64,000 bases of DNA. Source: an uncultured Planctomycetota bacterium. GTDB lineage: Bacteria > Planctomycetota > Planctomycetia > Isosphaerales > Isosphaeraceae. This document shows, one piece after another, positions 13,750-24,586 of the stretch. Each line of letters opens with the position of its first letter. Within the stretch, counting starts at the first letter, position 1. Under the pieces are notes generated by a model. The model was given only the letters and a program-made list of their open reading frames with translations, did no database searches and was not told where the DNA came from. A program made the translations under genes and the position numbers. The stretch spans positions 448,001-512,000 of the forward strand of contig CAWJTV010000034.1 in NCBI GenBank assembly GCA_963845755.1. Reading direction: 5' to 3'.

Positions 13750-14741
13750 GAACGACGCGCTTGATCGTGACGATCTCCACCCGGGACATTTTCGGCCCGA
13801 CGTTCGCGGTCCGCGTATGCTTCAGTTCCTCGACCCAGCCGTCCCTGGCGTCGATGAGGAAGTCGCACCGGTTCTCGACGTTCAACCGCTTTCACGATCG
13901 CCTCGACGTTCTTCATATCGGGGATGGGACTACCGACCTTCTCGCCGAGATTCCGCATCGTGTCGAGCATGATGCGCATCGCGGCCTCCGAATCCACGGT
14001 CTGGGTCCACGTCACCGCGGCGCGGCCCGTCTTTTCGTCGTAAGAGGTCAGCTTCAGCTTCCCTCGTCTGGGGAGCGACTCGCCGCCGAGCGGATTGGGG
14101 AGTTCATCCTTGTACTCGATCGTGCGATGCCTGGGGTAGCTCCTTCCAAGCGGGAGGAAGAACACCCCCATATCACGGAGGTAGAGCTCCTCGACCTGCT
14201 CCCTGCTGGCGAACATCGATTCGACCTGGGTTCGCACCTGGTTTATCACCGACGGTTCGATACCCAGGCGTTTCGGATCCCCGGTCATCAGCTCGAGGAT
14301 CTGCTTGCCGCGGGACTGCAGTTCCCGCCAGTTGCGCAGCCCGGTGGCGGTCGCTTGCGCGTCCAGCTCGATGAGGGCCTTCCATCCTCTCATGATGTCG
14401 GTTATCTGCCGGACGATCGGGTCCCTGGCGGTTTTCAGGTCATCCAGCTCGGTCTCCTGGATCGTCCAGCCGATGAGGTATCCGTTTTCCCCCGCTTCGA
14501 TGACCGAAATCTCGACACGGCTGCGGCTGGAGCCCTGGTGTTTCGATTTTCCCTGGGTCGTCTTCTGGATCGACTTGACCAGTTCGTAGATCCGAGTCTC
14601 GCCGGGTCTCCATCGCGGGACGATCAAGACCTCCTCCTCGAGGGCCGGATCCTCTGTCGGGGGAATCGGCCTGGGTACGGCGAGGATCCCGATCGTCACC
14701 ACGGCTGCCACCACCACGATGATCGCCAGTCGTCGCTTCAT
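13733..14741 (-). CDS. Exported hypothetical protein (frameshift ~13890)
   Basis: MKRRLAIIVVVAAVV N-terminal anchor; tail re-frames to ..DGWVEELKHTRT..PSP* with stop at 13733. Confidence 0.6.
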
Positions 14742-14754
14742 GGGCCTCGGGACC

Positions 14755-15888
14755 TCAGGGCCGAATCTCCCGGTAGAATCTCCCCATCGCCTCGACTTTG
14801 TCCCATTGCGGGTACAAGGTCCCCCAGACGAAGACCATCACGCCGCGCGACGGGGGCCGCGTGCCATGATCGAGCACGGCACGGACCTGCTCGGGTGGGA
14901 CCGTCTCGCCCCAGTCGGAGAGTTGCACGATCGGCCAGATCTGGACCCGTTCTCCGACCCCTCCCTTGATCCCGAGGGATCGGCCAAGCGTCGCGGTCTG
15001 CCGCGAGATCCAGGACGGATCGTCCGGGTGGCCGAAGCGCGCGTGGTAGGGCATGATGCTCAGGACGTCCAGGTAGCGGGCCTGGGCCTTCAGGTCGATG
15101 GCGAGCTTTTCGCGTGTCGCATGGTCGAAGTCCGACTCCGACCACGGACAGTGGAACGTGCCCAGCAGGGCACCGGGCCGTTCCTGATCGAGGATCGACC
15201 GGAATTCCCGGACCCAGTCGGTGAATACCTCGCAACGCCATCGGACCCAGGCCGGCTTCTCGGTCCCGAGCAATCGCCGGGCCCGTTCCGCCGTCGATCC
15301 CGAGAGAGCCATCCCGGTCGCTCTCGCGAACTCGGAAAGGCAGCGATCGCAGAAGCAGGTATCGGGCAGTGTGGGTTTGGCCTGCTCCCAACTGGCCTGG
15401 GCATGGTGATAGTCGAGCCAGATGCCATCGATCGGCGCGGCTCGAAGGGTCCGGCGAAAGGCGTCCATGCGATGGCGTCGGTAGGCTTCGTGCGTCGGAC
15501 AGACGCCTTGCCAGTCGTCGGGCGGCGGCGAGACCTGGCCGTCAGGCCCGATCGGCCGTGCGTCGGGATGATCCTTCAGATAACTCGCTTCGTGCATCGT
15601 GTTGAATTCGGCGAAGACCTTCACGCCGGTCGACTTCGCTTTCAGATCCGCGACCAGTTTGGGGGTGACCGAGCCCGACCCGATCCAGATCGCATTGACT
15701 CCGTAGTCTTCGAGAGTCCTGCCCCGGTCGAAGACCTGGCTGGGGATGCCTCCGTAGATGCCGCGAATCGCGATGCCGGGGCGCTTCTCCGGGGTTCCGG
15801 GTGGCTCTACGGCCTGAGCCAGTCCGCCGATGCCGAGTGCCGTCCCGATCAGAATCATCTCCAGGCGGATTGGTCGAGGACGGGGCAT
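14755..15888 (-). CDS. Secreted putative glycoside-hydrolase-like TIM-barrel protein (GHL10-like)
   Basis: Signal peptide; VCPTHEAYR, IDGIWLDY, CFCDRC, WVRWR and DVLSIMPY patterns. Confidence 0.55.
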   Translation of the reverse strand: MPRPRPIRLEMILIGTALGIGGLAQAVEPPGTPEKRPGIAIRGIYGGIPSQVFDRGRTLEDYGVNAIWIGSGSVTPKLVADLKAKSTGVKVFAEFNTMHEASYLKDHPDARPIGPDGQVSPPPDDWQGVCPTHEAYRRHRMDAFRRTLRAAPIDGIWLDYHHAQASWEQAKPTLPDTCFCDRCLSEFARATGMALSGSTAERARRLLGTEKPAWVRWRCEVFTDWVREFRSILDQERPGALLGTFHCPWSESDFDHATREKLAIDLKAQARYLDVLSIMPYHARFGHPDDPSWISRQTATLGRSLGIKGGVGERVQIWPIVQLSDWGETVPPEQVRAVLDHGTRPPSRGVMVFVWGTLYPQWDKVEAMGRFYREIRP

Positions 15889-16012
15889 CGATCGCGGTTC
15901 CTTTCCGATTCGTCGAGCACGACGTGACGACTCCCGGCCCCCCGAGCTTTCTCGAGGCGGGACGGTTGCGTTAGTATGGCCGGGTGTGCGAGACGTCACA
16001 AGAGGTGTCACC

Positions 16013-16591
16013 ATGCGAAGCGACGGGATGACTCCGCGGTTGGAACAGGCGATGCGCTGGTCCGCCGTCTGTCATCGCGGGCAGACTCGGAAGGGGAGCG
16101 ATACGCCTTACTTCGAGCACGCCGCAGCCGTGGGACTGATCCTGGACCGGGCCGGGTTCGACGAAGACGTGGTCATCGCCGGATTGCTGCACGACGTGGT
16201 CGAAGACACGCCGGCCACATTCGAGGACGTGGTCGCACGCTTCGGCCCGGTGGTGTGCGAGATCGTGCGCCAGTGCTCGGAGGTCAAGCTCGACGGGGAG
16301 GGTCGCAAGCGGCCGTGGATCGACCGCAAGCGCGACCATCTGGCGGCGCTGGTCGGTGCACCAACGGCGACCTGGGCCGTGATCCTCGCAGACAAGCTCC
16401 ACAACCTCATCTCGATCGAGCTCGACCTGGACGAGGGCCGGCCCGTCTGGTCGCAGTTCAATGCCGAGCGATCCCAGGTCCTCTGGTATTACCGCGCCAC
16501 CGTTACCGCCTGCGCGTTGGACGACCCGCGCGTCGCAGGGCTGGCCGGCGCCTGCCGCGTGGTGCTGGCCCGAATCGAGTCACGGCCGTAG
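16013..16591 (+). CDS. HD-domain protein, small alarmone hydrolase (Mesh1/SpoT-HD-like)
   Basis: HRGQTRKG..PYFEH, AGLLHDVVEDT, ADKLHNL. Confidence 0.8.
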   Translation: MRSDGMTPRLEQAMRWSAVCHRGQTRKGSDTPYFEHAAAVGLILDRAGFDEDVVIAGLLHDVVEDTPATFEDVVARFGPVVCEIVRQCSEVKLDGEGRKRPWIDRKRDHLAALVGAPTATWAVILADKLHNLISIELDLDEGRPVWSQFNAERSQVLWYYRATVTACALDDPRVAGLAGACRVVLARIESRP

Positions 16592-16597
16592 CCGGGA

Positions 16598-17789
16598 TCA
16601 CGCCTCCAGGAGCGGCAGGGGCTCGAATCGCTGACCCAGGACGGCCTCGGAAGACAGTCCCAGCCACTGGTCGAGGATCGTGCCGTAGACGCGACGGAAG
16701 TCGATCGACCATCTCAAGTCGCCGTCGACCAGGTCGCCGAGTCGAGGCGTCTGGCCGACCAGGCCGGCCCTCACCTTCGGCCCTGCGAGGAACACCGGCC
16801 CGGCTGTGCCGTGATCCGTGCCCAGAGACCCATTTTCAGCGGGCCTTCTGCCGAACTCGCTGAAGGCCAGCAGGAGCACACCGTCGGCCCGATTCGCCGT
16901 CGCCAGGTCATCGAGGAATGCTCGGATGCTCCGCGAGAACTGCCCCAGCAACTGCGATTGGGCCGGCAACTGGACCGCATGCGTGTCGTAACCCGACTGG
17001 ATCGCGTAGTAGACTCGTGCCGCCGCGCCTGCCTTGATCGAGCGAGCGATCAGCTCCAGGTGCCTGGCCAGCTCCGAGTCGGGGTAACGCGTGGCGGCTT
17101 CACCGGTTCGACCCGCGGCGGCCGAGACCTCCTCGGCGGTCGCAGTACGCGCCCGTGACCGTGCGATTGACAAACGACGCGAGATCCTCGCCGTCTGAGG
17201 AACTGCGTGCCGCATTCGCCGCGGCCGGAATCGCCAGCGACAGATCGGCCGGATCGGAGAACGACGCCGTGATGGTTCGACGCCCGCGCAAGGCGCGCGG
17301 CAAGTCGCGGTCGCCGACGAACACCGCGGAAGGCCCGGTTGTGACCCTGGTGCCGTCGAGGGCACGCCCCAGCCAGCCATGCGATTCGGGTCCCGGTTGA
17401 TCGGGCCGCGCGGTCTGCCAGATCGCCATGCTCCGGAAATGCGAGCGATCGGGGTTCGGATACCCCACGCCCTGGATGATCGCCAGCCGGCCGTCGTCAA
17501 CCATCTCGGCCGCCCGGCGCATCGAAGGATGGAGGCCGACCTGGTCCGTCAGCTTGCAGATCTTATCCGTGGCGAGTCGCAATTCGCGGCGGTGACGGGC
17601 GTATTCCTCGTCGCCGTAGGGAACCACGGTGTTGATCCCGTCGTTGCCGCCATCGAGCTGGATCACGACCAGCACCCGGCCGTCGCGATCCGCCGGCGCG
17701 GCCATTGCGGTCCGCGCGAGGAAGGCCGGCATCGTCGGTGCGAGGGAGAGTAAAGCCGAACGCTTCAAGAGGGCACGACGCGAGAGCAT
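16598..17789 (-). CDS. DUF1501 family protein with Tat signal (frameshift ~17145)
   Basis: SRRALLK; LVVIQLDGGNDGINTVVP, SHFRS, GYDTH, FSEFGRR..ENGS.GTDHG, DFRRVY. Confidence 0.85.
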
Positions 17790-17870
17790 GGACAAGGCTC
17801 CGTGGAAGGAATCCGGTTTCGAACTCAATCACGAATTAAGGCGAGGGGGAAAATACCGAAAATACGAAAA

Positions 17871-18062
17871 TGAACACGAAATACACGAAATGCACGATAA
17901 GGAAAGCGATCAAGCTGCCACACCTCTGATACCCCGTGCCAGGAATCCGGTCCCGCAAAGGGGTACGAGAAACGCAATGGCTCTCGATCTTGTTTGACAT
18001 CGGCATGTGACTCTCGAAGTATTTTTCTGATTTTTTCGTGTATTTCGTGTATTTCGTGTTCA
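17871..18062. repeat. AT-rich element bounded by ~29-bp inverted repeats built of 9-bp (ACACGAAAT) units
   Basis: TGAACACGAAATACACGAAATGCACGATA at 17871 pairs with TTTCGTGTATTTCGTGTATTTCGTGTTCA ending 18062. Confidence 0.8.
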
Positions 18063-18087
18063 ATTCTTGTATTTTCAGGTCTTGCGC

Positions 18088-19452
18088 TCAGGTCAACTGC
18101 GCATCGGGTCGAGAGAGCAGGAGCGCCACGGCTCGGTTGGAGCGCTCGAGGGGCGTCCCGCTGGTCGAGGACGCATCCTTGAGGATCGCCTGGCATGCCT
18201 CCGGGTCGAGTCGGCGGCCGAGGAGCAGCTCGTGGAAGAATGGGAGAGCATCGTGGTTTCGACCGTACCGGGCAGCCAGTCGTTGCAAGTCCGGCACGTC
18301 ACCAGTCGATCCCGCGTGCAATCGCCCTTCGACCAGCGCGGCGGCGAAGTTGGCCCGGGCGACGACGGTCCGTCCCGACAGCCAGTTCCGGCCACCCGGC
18401 CAACCGCCTACATTGGGCGGGAAGAAGAGTTCCTGGCCCAGCCGGCGGGACCACTCGGCGAGCAGGAGCGTACTCGGCGGCGGGTTGAAGAGTTCGAGAC
18501 TCCGCACCTTGCCGACGGCGAACGCGACGGGTTCCGACACCTGGGCGTGCAGGTTCCGCGCGGAGAAGAACAACTCCGAACGGAGGATCGTCTCGACGGC
18601 AGGGCCGATATGCAGGCGATCGTTCCGCATCTGATCGGCCAGGCTCGCAATGGCGGAGTCATCGGCGACATTCTCGCCAAGGAACGTCTGGCAAAGCCGC
18701 CACGCCAGCCGTTGCGCGATCGCGGGCTGGTCCAGGAGGATATCCGCCAGCTTCTCGCCATCGAAGCGTCCCGTTGTTCCCAGGATCGTTTTGGTCCCGT
18801 CGTCGTGCCAGTGCGGGCGAAAGGTATATCGGCCCTGTGTGACAGTTCGTCCGGTGAGGGCACGTGCGGCTTCCTTGACGTCGCGCTCGGAGAAATGGCC
18901 GACACCGAGCGTGAACAGCTCCATCAGCTCGCGGGCGAGGTTCTCGTTCGGCTTCCCCTTCCGATTCGATGGGGCATCGAGCCAGGCCAGCAGGGCAGGA
19001 TCGCAGAGCATCGCTTTGACGAGATCGCCGAATGGCCCGCGGGCGTGTCGGCGAAACGTGTCGTTCTGCCGTTTCATCGCCGTGAGGTCGTCAACCTTGA
19101 GCTGGCTGGTGGCAAAGTGGTTGTGCCAGAGCAGCGTGAGCCGCTCCGCGAGCGGGTCGGGGGTGAAGAGCATCCGGTACAGCCACCAGGCCTGGAGTCG
19201 GTGGGCGTCGCTGGCGCCGGCGGCATCGCCGAGGAGATCGGCGGTCGCCGCGAAGTCGGCGGGTACGCCTTCGCTACGGCACGCGCCGTCGAGCACCCGA
19301 CTGATGGCGATCTTGGGGCCGTCGGCCAGGTCGCGCTGCAATTCGTTCCAGGTCGCGGCGAAGCCGGCGCGGCGGCGGAGCGTCCAGGCCCGGGATAGGT
19401 TCCACGGAGCGCTCGGGCTCGGACGATAGGGAAGCCACGGCGATCGGTTCAT
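18088..19452 (-). CDS. DUF1800 family protein
   Basis: ERLTLLWHNHFATS, PNENLARELMELFTLG, DVKEAARALTG, LGQELFFPPNVGGW. Confidence 0.9.
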   Translation of the reverse strand: MNRSPWLPYRPSPSAPWNLSRAWTLRRRAGFAATWNELQRDLADGPKIAISRVLDGACRSEGVPADFAATADLLGDAAGASDAHRLQAWWLYRMLFTPDPLAERLTLLWHNHFATSQLKVDDLTAMKRQNDTFRRHARGPFGDLVKAMLCDPALLAWLDAPSNRKGKPNENLARELMELFTLGVGHFSERDVKEAARALTGRTVTQGRYTFRPHWHDDGTKTILGTTGRFDGEKLADILLDQPAIAQRLAWRLCQTFLGENVADDSAIASLADQMRNDRLHIGPAVETILRSELFFSARNLHAQVSEPVAFAVGKVRSLELFNPPPSTLLLAEWSRRLGQELFFPPNVGGWPGGRNWLSGRTVVARANFAAALVEGRLHAGSTGDVPDLQRLAARYGRNHDALPFFHELLLGRRLDPEACQAILKDASSTSGTPLERSNRAVALLLSRPDAQLT

Positions 19453-19491
19453 GAGTTCGGGCTCCTCGACAGGATCCCCATGTCGGTACGC

Positions 19492-22400
19492 TCAATCCTT
19501 CTTAAATTGGATGTCGCCGACGTCGGTGATTTCGCCGGGCCGCACGGCCACGTCTCGAGCGAAAGCAAAGGGGTAACCCTTGTTGCCCGCGACCCGGCTC
19601 TCCACTGCCAGGGCGTATTTGCAGCCGGTCGGCACCTGGTTCACGCTGAACTTGCCCGCCCCGTCCGAGGCCAGGCGGTCCGGCAGGCTCATGCTGAAAT
19701 CACCGCCGGGCTGCGGATCGGTCCGGATCGTGGCCCCCGAAACCGGATTGCCATCGGAATCGGTCACGCGGCCGGCGATGGTCGCCAGCGGCTCGAGCGT
19801 GACCTTCACCGGGCCATCTTTGTCGTCTACCGGCTTGATGTGGAAGATCTTGCCCAGCTTCCGTTCCTCCTGGATCACGAGCACCGTGCGATCCTCGCCG
19901 GGCGCGAGCGTCACGACGTCGAACTCCGCCTCGTGCTTCACGTTCCACTCGTGGTTTCCGCGCCCCGTCCGACCCGACAGACTCAGTCCCGTCACCGGCT
20001 TACCCGCTTGATCGATGACCCGCACGCGGACCTTCGTTCCGGGAACGAGCGCGAGGTCCAAATGAACCGTCTCCGTTCCCTCGGGCGAATTGATCTCCTT
20101 CAGGGAATTCGGCCAGTGTCTGCCAGGGTCGACCGGGTTGGCGTAGGTCGGGAAATGGCCGTTCTTGTCCATGCCCTTGATCGACTCGGAGCCGGCGCCT
20201 TGGAGATAGGGCTTCTTATTGTAGGACATCACTCCCACGAGCGCCCGACCGGGTAAGCCGACCAGCCGGTAGGAACCATCCGCCCTGGACTGGTATCGGT
20301 CCTGGATTTCGAACCCGCCTGGTACGGTTCGATTGTTGCCGAATCCCGGTGCCACCTGGGCGAAGGGGTTATCCAGGAACGGGAAGTATTTCAGCCAGCA
20401 TCCCGAGACGGGCTTTCCCGTCTCCTCGTCGGTCACTTTTCCTTCGATCCAGATGCCGCGATGCAGCGCAATCTCGAGTGAGACGGGTGCGACCCCTGGC
20501 GGGTCGGGCACGGCAACTTCTTGCATGAAGTAGGGTTGATCGTCAGCGGGCACGATGATCACGCCGTTGCCCTGGCCCTTGGGCAGACCAACCAACTCGA
20601 ATCGGCCCTGGGCATCGGTGGTGGTCTTGAGGCCCTTGGTGCCAACCCAGTTGGTCCCGGCGAAGCGATTGCTCCGGATCTCGACGTTGGCCAACGGTTG
20701 CATCGTCTTGGCGTCGCGCACGATTCCCTCCAAAGGACGTCCCGGCGAAGCGGCATAGACGAAATCGGACCCCTGGATGGTCTGAGAACCCGGACTGTAC
20801 TGGGATGAGAAGCCGGGTGCGGCGACCGGTTCCATCCGCCGCGTGACAGCCGTGATCCGTGTGTAAGCGGTCGTTGGACCCTGGATCGCCAGATCGACGA
20901 CACGCTCGGCTCCCATGCCGTCGAATCGGAATCGGCCCTGGGCGTCAGTCGTTGTTTGTGGTCGATTGTCCTCGCCCTTGATCGAAGGTTCGCTGTCCAG
21001 ATGTTTGTAGGCGATGTAGGGTTCCGCGCCCTGCTTGGCCGCCTCGATCCAGGCGTCGAGGTTCTCGCCCTTGGGCTTGGTGATCTGGTTGACCTGCACC
21101 GTGACCCCGGCGACCGGGCGGCCCTCGAGGTCGACGATCCGACCGGTGATGGGCATTGTCCGAGTCACAGCCTTGGCTTGCTCGCCCTTGGCCGTAGCCG
21201 GTGCATTCTCCGGCTCCTTGAGCGGCTTGCCGGTCGTCGCATTGAAGCTGCCCAGGTCGATCACCTGGCCCGGCTCGGTCTTCAGGTCGCGGGCCAGTAC
21301 GAACGGCTTGAATCGCTGCGGGTCCATCCTGCCTCGAGCATCGAGGCCAAGGGCCAATCGGTCGCGGGCGTGAAGGGTGTACGTCACGCCGGGGATCACG
21401 TTCTCGATCCGGAATCGGCCGCTGGTGTCGATGGGTATGGGGAACAGGATCGTTTCCGCCGGTTGCTCGCCATTCTCGTGTGCCAGATGGGGCTCGACCC
21501 CGCCGGTGACCGGCTTGCCATCCGAGTCCAGGACCCGTCCCGTGACGGTCGCGCAGGGACCGAGCACGACCGTGCGCTCGCCTCCCTTGGTCACGTCCTC
21601 GGGCCTGATGACCAGGACGGCACCGAGCTTGCGCCCGTCGTGCCGGAAGACGACCGTCCGCGACGTCTTGGCGTCGAGGCCGACGATCTGGGTCCGGCTC
21701 TGCTCGTACAGGTTGAGGTCGCCCAGGTCGATCCAGGCCGGGAACCGTCCGAAGGCTTCCACGTGGGTGATCGGCTGGCCCTGCGGGTCAACGAGCTGAA
21801 CGGTCAGGGAGGGGGTCGGCTCGACCGTCAGGTCGCGGTGGACTTCCTCGACACCCGCAGGGGGATCGATCGCGGCCAGGGACTGGAACTGGCGCGGGTG
21901 GATTCGATTGTAGGTCGGAAGACCTTCCTCCCGACCCGCGCGCTCGCGCGGCCGCTCCGGGAACGTGTCAACGCCGACACCCAGCCGGTAGGACCGGTCG
22001 AAGGTCTGGGCGGCGACGATGCCGCGACCCGGCAGGCCGGCGATGCGGAAACGGCCGTCGGTGTCGGTGCGGTAGCGGCTGCCGGTCCATTCGAGCGACA
22101 GACTGTTCGCATCGAAGTTACGGAAGTCCTTCGCGCACTCGTTGGCCAGGAACGGGTAATAATGAATGGCCGCCTGGACCGGTTGGCGGGTCTTGGAGTC
22201 CGTGACACGGCCGGTGATCCAGATGCCCCGCTTCAGCGCGATGTCGTAACGTACCGGTCCGAGCCCTGGCCCGGCGGGGACTTCCAGGAATTCGGTGATG
22301 AAATAGGGCCGCTCCAGCGGCGGATACACGCTCAACTTGTGTCCGCTCGCCTTGGGGAGGCCGACGAGGCGGTAGTGTCCCTCGGCATCGGTCGTGGTTG

Positions 22401-24569
22401 AGATCAGCCCCTGGATATCCAGCAGTGTACCAGCGAGCTGCATGGCGGTGACAATCGCGCCGGGGATCGGAGCCCTGGAATCGGTGTCACGGACGACGCC
22501 TTCAATCGGCAGGCCCGGCTCGACCACGATCGTGCAGTCGGCACCGTGGTAGCCGCGGTCGAAGAGTGGCACTGCTTCTCCACCAGGGCCTTCGACTCGT
22601 TTCATCTGTCGGGTCACAACCTGGTAGCGTCGGAATGCGATCGCCGGCCCGGAGATCGCCAATGTCGCCTGGCGGTCGCGGCCCAGGCCGGTCAGCCGGA
22701 ACCGGCCGACAGCGTCCGTGGTCACCGGAGCCGGCACCGCGGGCTCGTTCCCAGGGAGATAGCTCTCGGCCGGGAAGCCCTGGAGTTGTGACTGCTCACC
22801 GCCGGCGGGGACCGGGCCCCTGTCAACCGCCTTCAGCCACTGGTCGACGGCCTCGGCGCTCTGCGGCTTCCAGACCATGAGCACCCGGACGGAGGCCCCC
22901 GGGACCGGCCGGCCCTCCAGGTCAACAATCCGCCCATCGATCGGCGTATCGTCGCGCACGAGCCGTATTGGTTTCGCTTCGGTGACATCGCTGCCAATGG
23001 ACCCTTCCCGGACCCACACGGGACCAAAACCCGGCGCCGCGGCGACGAGCAGGGTATCCCTCCAGCGGTCCGGGCTCTCCGGGGCCTGGGGCAAGATCGA
23101 CGGGTCCGGACCTTCGTAGGTCAGCGTGAATCGGCCCTCCGCGTCGGCAACGACGCGGCCAAGTTCCTGACGGTCTCCGTGCTCTCCGTACGGGCCGATC
23201 CCCGCCGGTCGGTAGCGGGCGACCGTCACCGTTGCGCCCGGGATCGGCTTGCCGTCCGGTTCGACGACGCGTCCCTTCACCGTCTTCGGCTCCCCGCGTG
23301 GAGACGAATGGGAAGTCGTCGATGAACCATCGCCAGTCACCTTCGACTTCTCCACCTTCGGCTCGTCTCCGCGGACCTCGCGATGTCCCCCGCCGACGCC
23401 CAGAAGGGCGACCAGGAGCGTACCCGCCAGGCCGGCGGCCAGCGTCGCGGCGATGGCCCGCCAGCCGGCCTGAGTCGATAATGTCCGCGTCGAGTCGAGG
23501 ATTCGCGCGATCCGACGAGCCAGAAGCGACCGTAGCGAGATCATCCCCACGCCCGACGGGGCCAGCGGCGGCAACCGTCGCTCGGCCAGCTCGAGCAGGT
23601 GCCCGGCATATCGTCTGCGGTCGGCACCAAACTCCACCACGCAATCGTCGCAGACCTCCTCGGCCGTTTCCTCCAGCCGCTTCGACAGGAACCAGAGCAA
23701 AGGCTGAAGCCAGAAGACGGCGGTCGTACTCTGCCGCAAGACGTTCCACAACCCATCCCGGGCGCCAGGTGGGCCAGTTCGTGGACGAACGTCTCGCGCA
23801 GGTTCTCCTTGGCATCCTCAGGTAGCAGGATGGCTGGTCTACGGACTCCGTCCAGGCAGGGGCTGGACAGGAACGGGGAGCGAAGGACCGCGGGGGGAGT
23901 CAGGCGCATGCCTCGGGCGAGCTCCTGGCAGAGCACCTCGGCGTCGGGCCCGGCCGCGATCGCGGAGGATCGCAACCTCGCCATGCGACAGTGGCCGACC
24001 ACCAGCCGCGCACCCAGCGCGGCGGCGCCGACCAGCCATACCATCAGTAAGATCGAGCTCGCCCAGCCGACGAGTTCCGCATTTGCCGGCGAACGGGAGA
24101 CGGGGAGAGACATCGCCGTCGTGACATCAATCGGGGGCTCGACCGTCGGCGACAGATCGTTCGTCCGTTCCGCTCGATCCGGGGCACGCGTGAACTCGCC
24201 CGTCGGCTCGATGGGCGGGCGATCTGGCACGATCGGCAGGGCGGTCGCTTCGCGCTCGGCGATGGGCCCGAGTCGATCGCGGCCTCGATCCATGATGCCG
24301 ACGTCGGTCTCGTGGCTTTCCACTGCAACGGGGAATCGGATCAGCAGGCCGTGGAATCCCATCGCCGCCAACGCAATCGATGCGATCGGGCAGAGCAGGA
24401 TCGCGACCAGGGTCGTGCGATAGGACGCCGACTGCACGGCCGGCCCCCATCGTCGCAACGATCGACCGGCCAGGAGGCCGAGAGCCAGCAGCACGGTCGA
24501 CTGGATCAGCCAGGTCAGGATCGTGTCGATCGGGGCCGCGGCCCCGGCCGTGAGCACTCGCCAGAACAT
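19492..24569 (-). CDS. BlaR1/M56 metallopeptidase with 11 carboxypeptidase-regulatory-like beta-sandwich repeats (frameshift ~23762)
   Basis: TM N-terminus, SPFLSSPCL, HELAH, FWLQPL, EEVCDD, LARRIARIL; repeated GR(V/I)xDxxGxP motifs; one base missing after HELAH. Confidence 0.85.
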
Positions 24570-24586
24570 CGCCGCGCCTCCCTCTC

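Noticed and set aside
16013..16591. Small alarmone hydrolase as the antitoxin of a toxSAS pair
   Set aside because: No alarmone synthetase is encoded nearby
17871..18062. CRISPR array
   Set aside because: The repeats are inverted 9-mers without spacers, and no cas genes are present
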